Shown here: piece by piece, positions 5,149 through 5,181 of the stretch
Layout: every line of letters starts with the position of its first letter
How positions within the stretch are numbered: the first letter of the stretch is position 1
Virus record (IMG/VR): IMGVR_UViG_648276660_000016
Direction: 5' to 3' (one strand)
Origin: a virus
Taxonomy: Duplodnaviria; Heunggongvirae; Uroviricota; Caudoviricetes
DNA: 5,181 bases
Translations under genes and position numbers: made by a program
Notes under the pieces: generated by a model
What the model was told of the DNA's origin: nothing
What the model saw: the letters and a program-made list of their open reading frames with translations, nothing else
Database searches by the model: none

Positions 5149-5181
5149 AAAAAAAAATTTTTTTTTTTTTTTTTTTTTTTT
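5149..5181. repeat. Homopolymer tract A9 followed by T24, running to the end of the window
   Basis: Read directly: a at 5149-5157, t at 5158-5181. Preceded by a C7 run at 5123-5129. Nature unknown; see findings. Confidence 0.9.

Noticed and set aside
1-5181. CRISPR array, tRNA/tmRNA attachment site, insertion sequence or transposase
   Set aside because: No repeat-spacer periodicity, no tRNA-like cloverleaf segment and no terminal inverted repeats were found by eye. The integrase's att site is presumably upstream of base 1, outside the window.

Overview
This 5.2-kb window reads as the integrase-proximal end of a temperate-phage (prophage) early region of enterobacterial type. A P4-type tyrosine integrase (1-1251, + strand, N-terminus at the window edge) is convergent with one long leftward (- strand) operon whose genes overlap or abut by a few bases. 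Read in transcription order the operon is: a sigma70-like promoter flanked by two matching 17-bp palindromic operator-like sites (5026-5103); a 50-aa Trp-rich ORF missing from the supplied ORF track; a 99-aa helical protein; a PD-(D/E)XK-type exonuclease; a Red-beta/RecT-family single-strand annealing protein; an AlpA/excisionase-family HTH protein; a 99-aa unknown; an MT-A70 adenine methyltransferase; and a 64-aa acidic ORF. I saw no rRNA, tRNA, CRISPR array or transposase. Most of the content is recognisable phage recombination and integration machinery, and I did not find a clearly novel multi-gene system. The least explained parts are the small ORFs, the operator pair, a GC-only hairpin between the annealase and the AlpA-like gene, and an A9T24 tract at the 3' edge that may be technical. 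All family assignments come from motifs read by eye; no database search was run.
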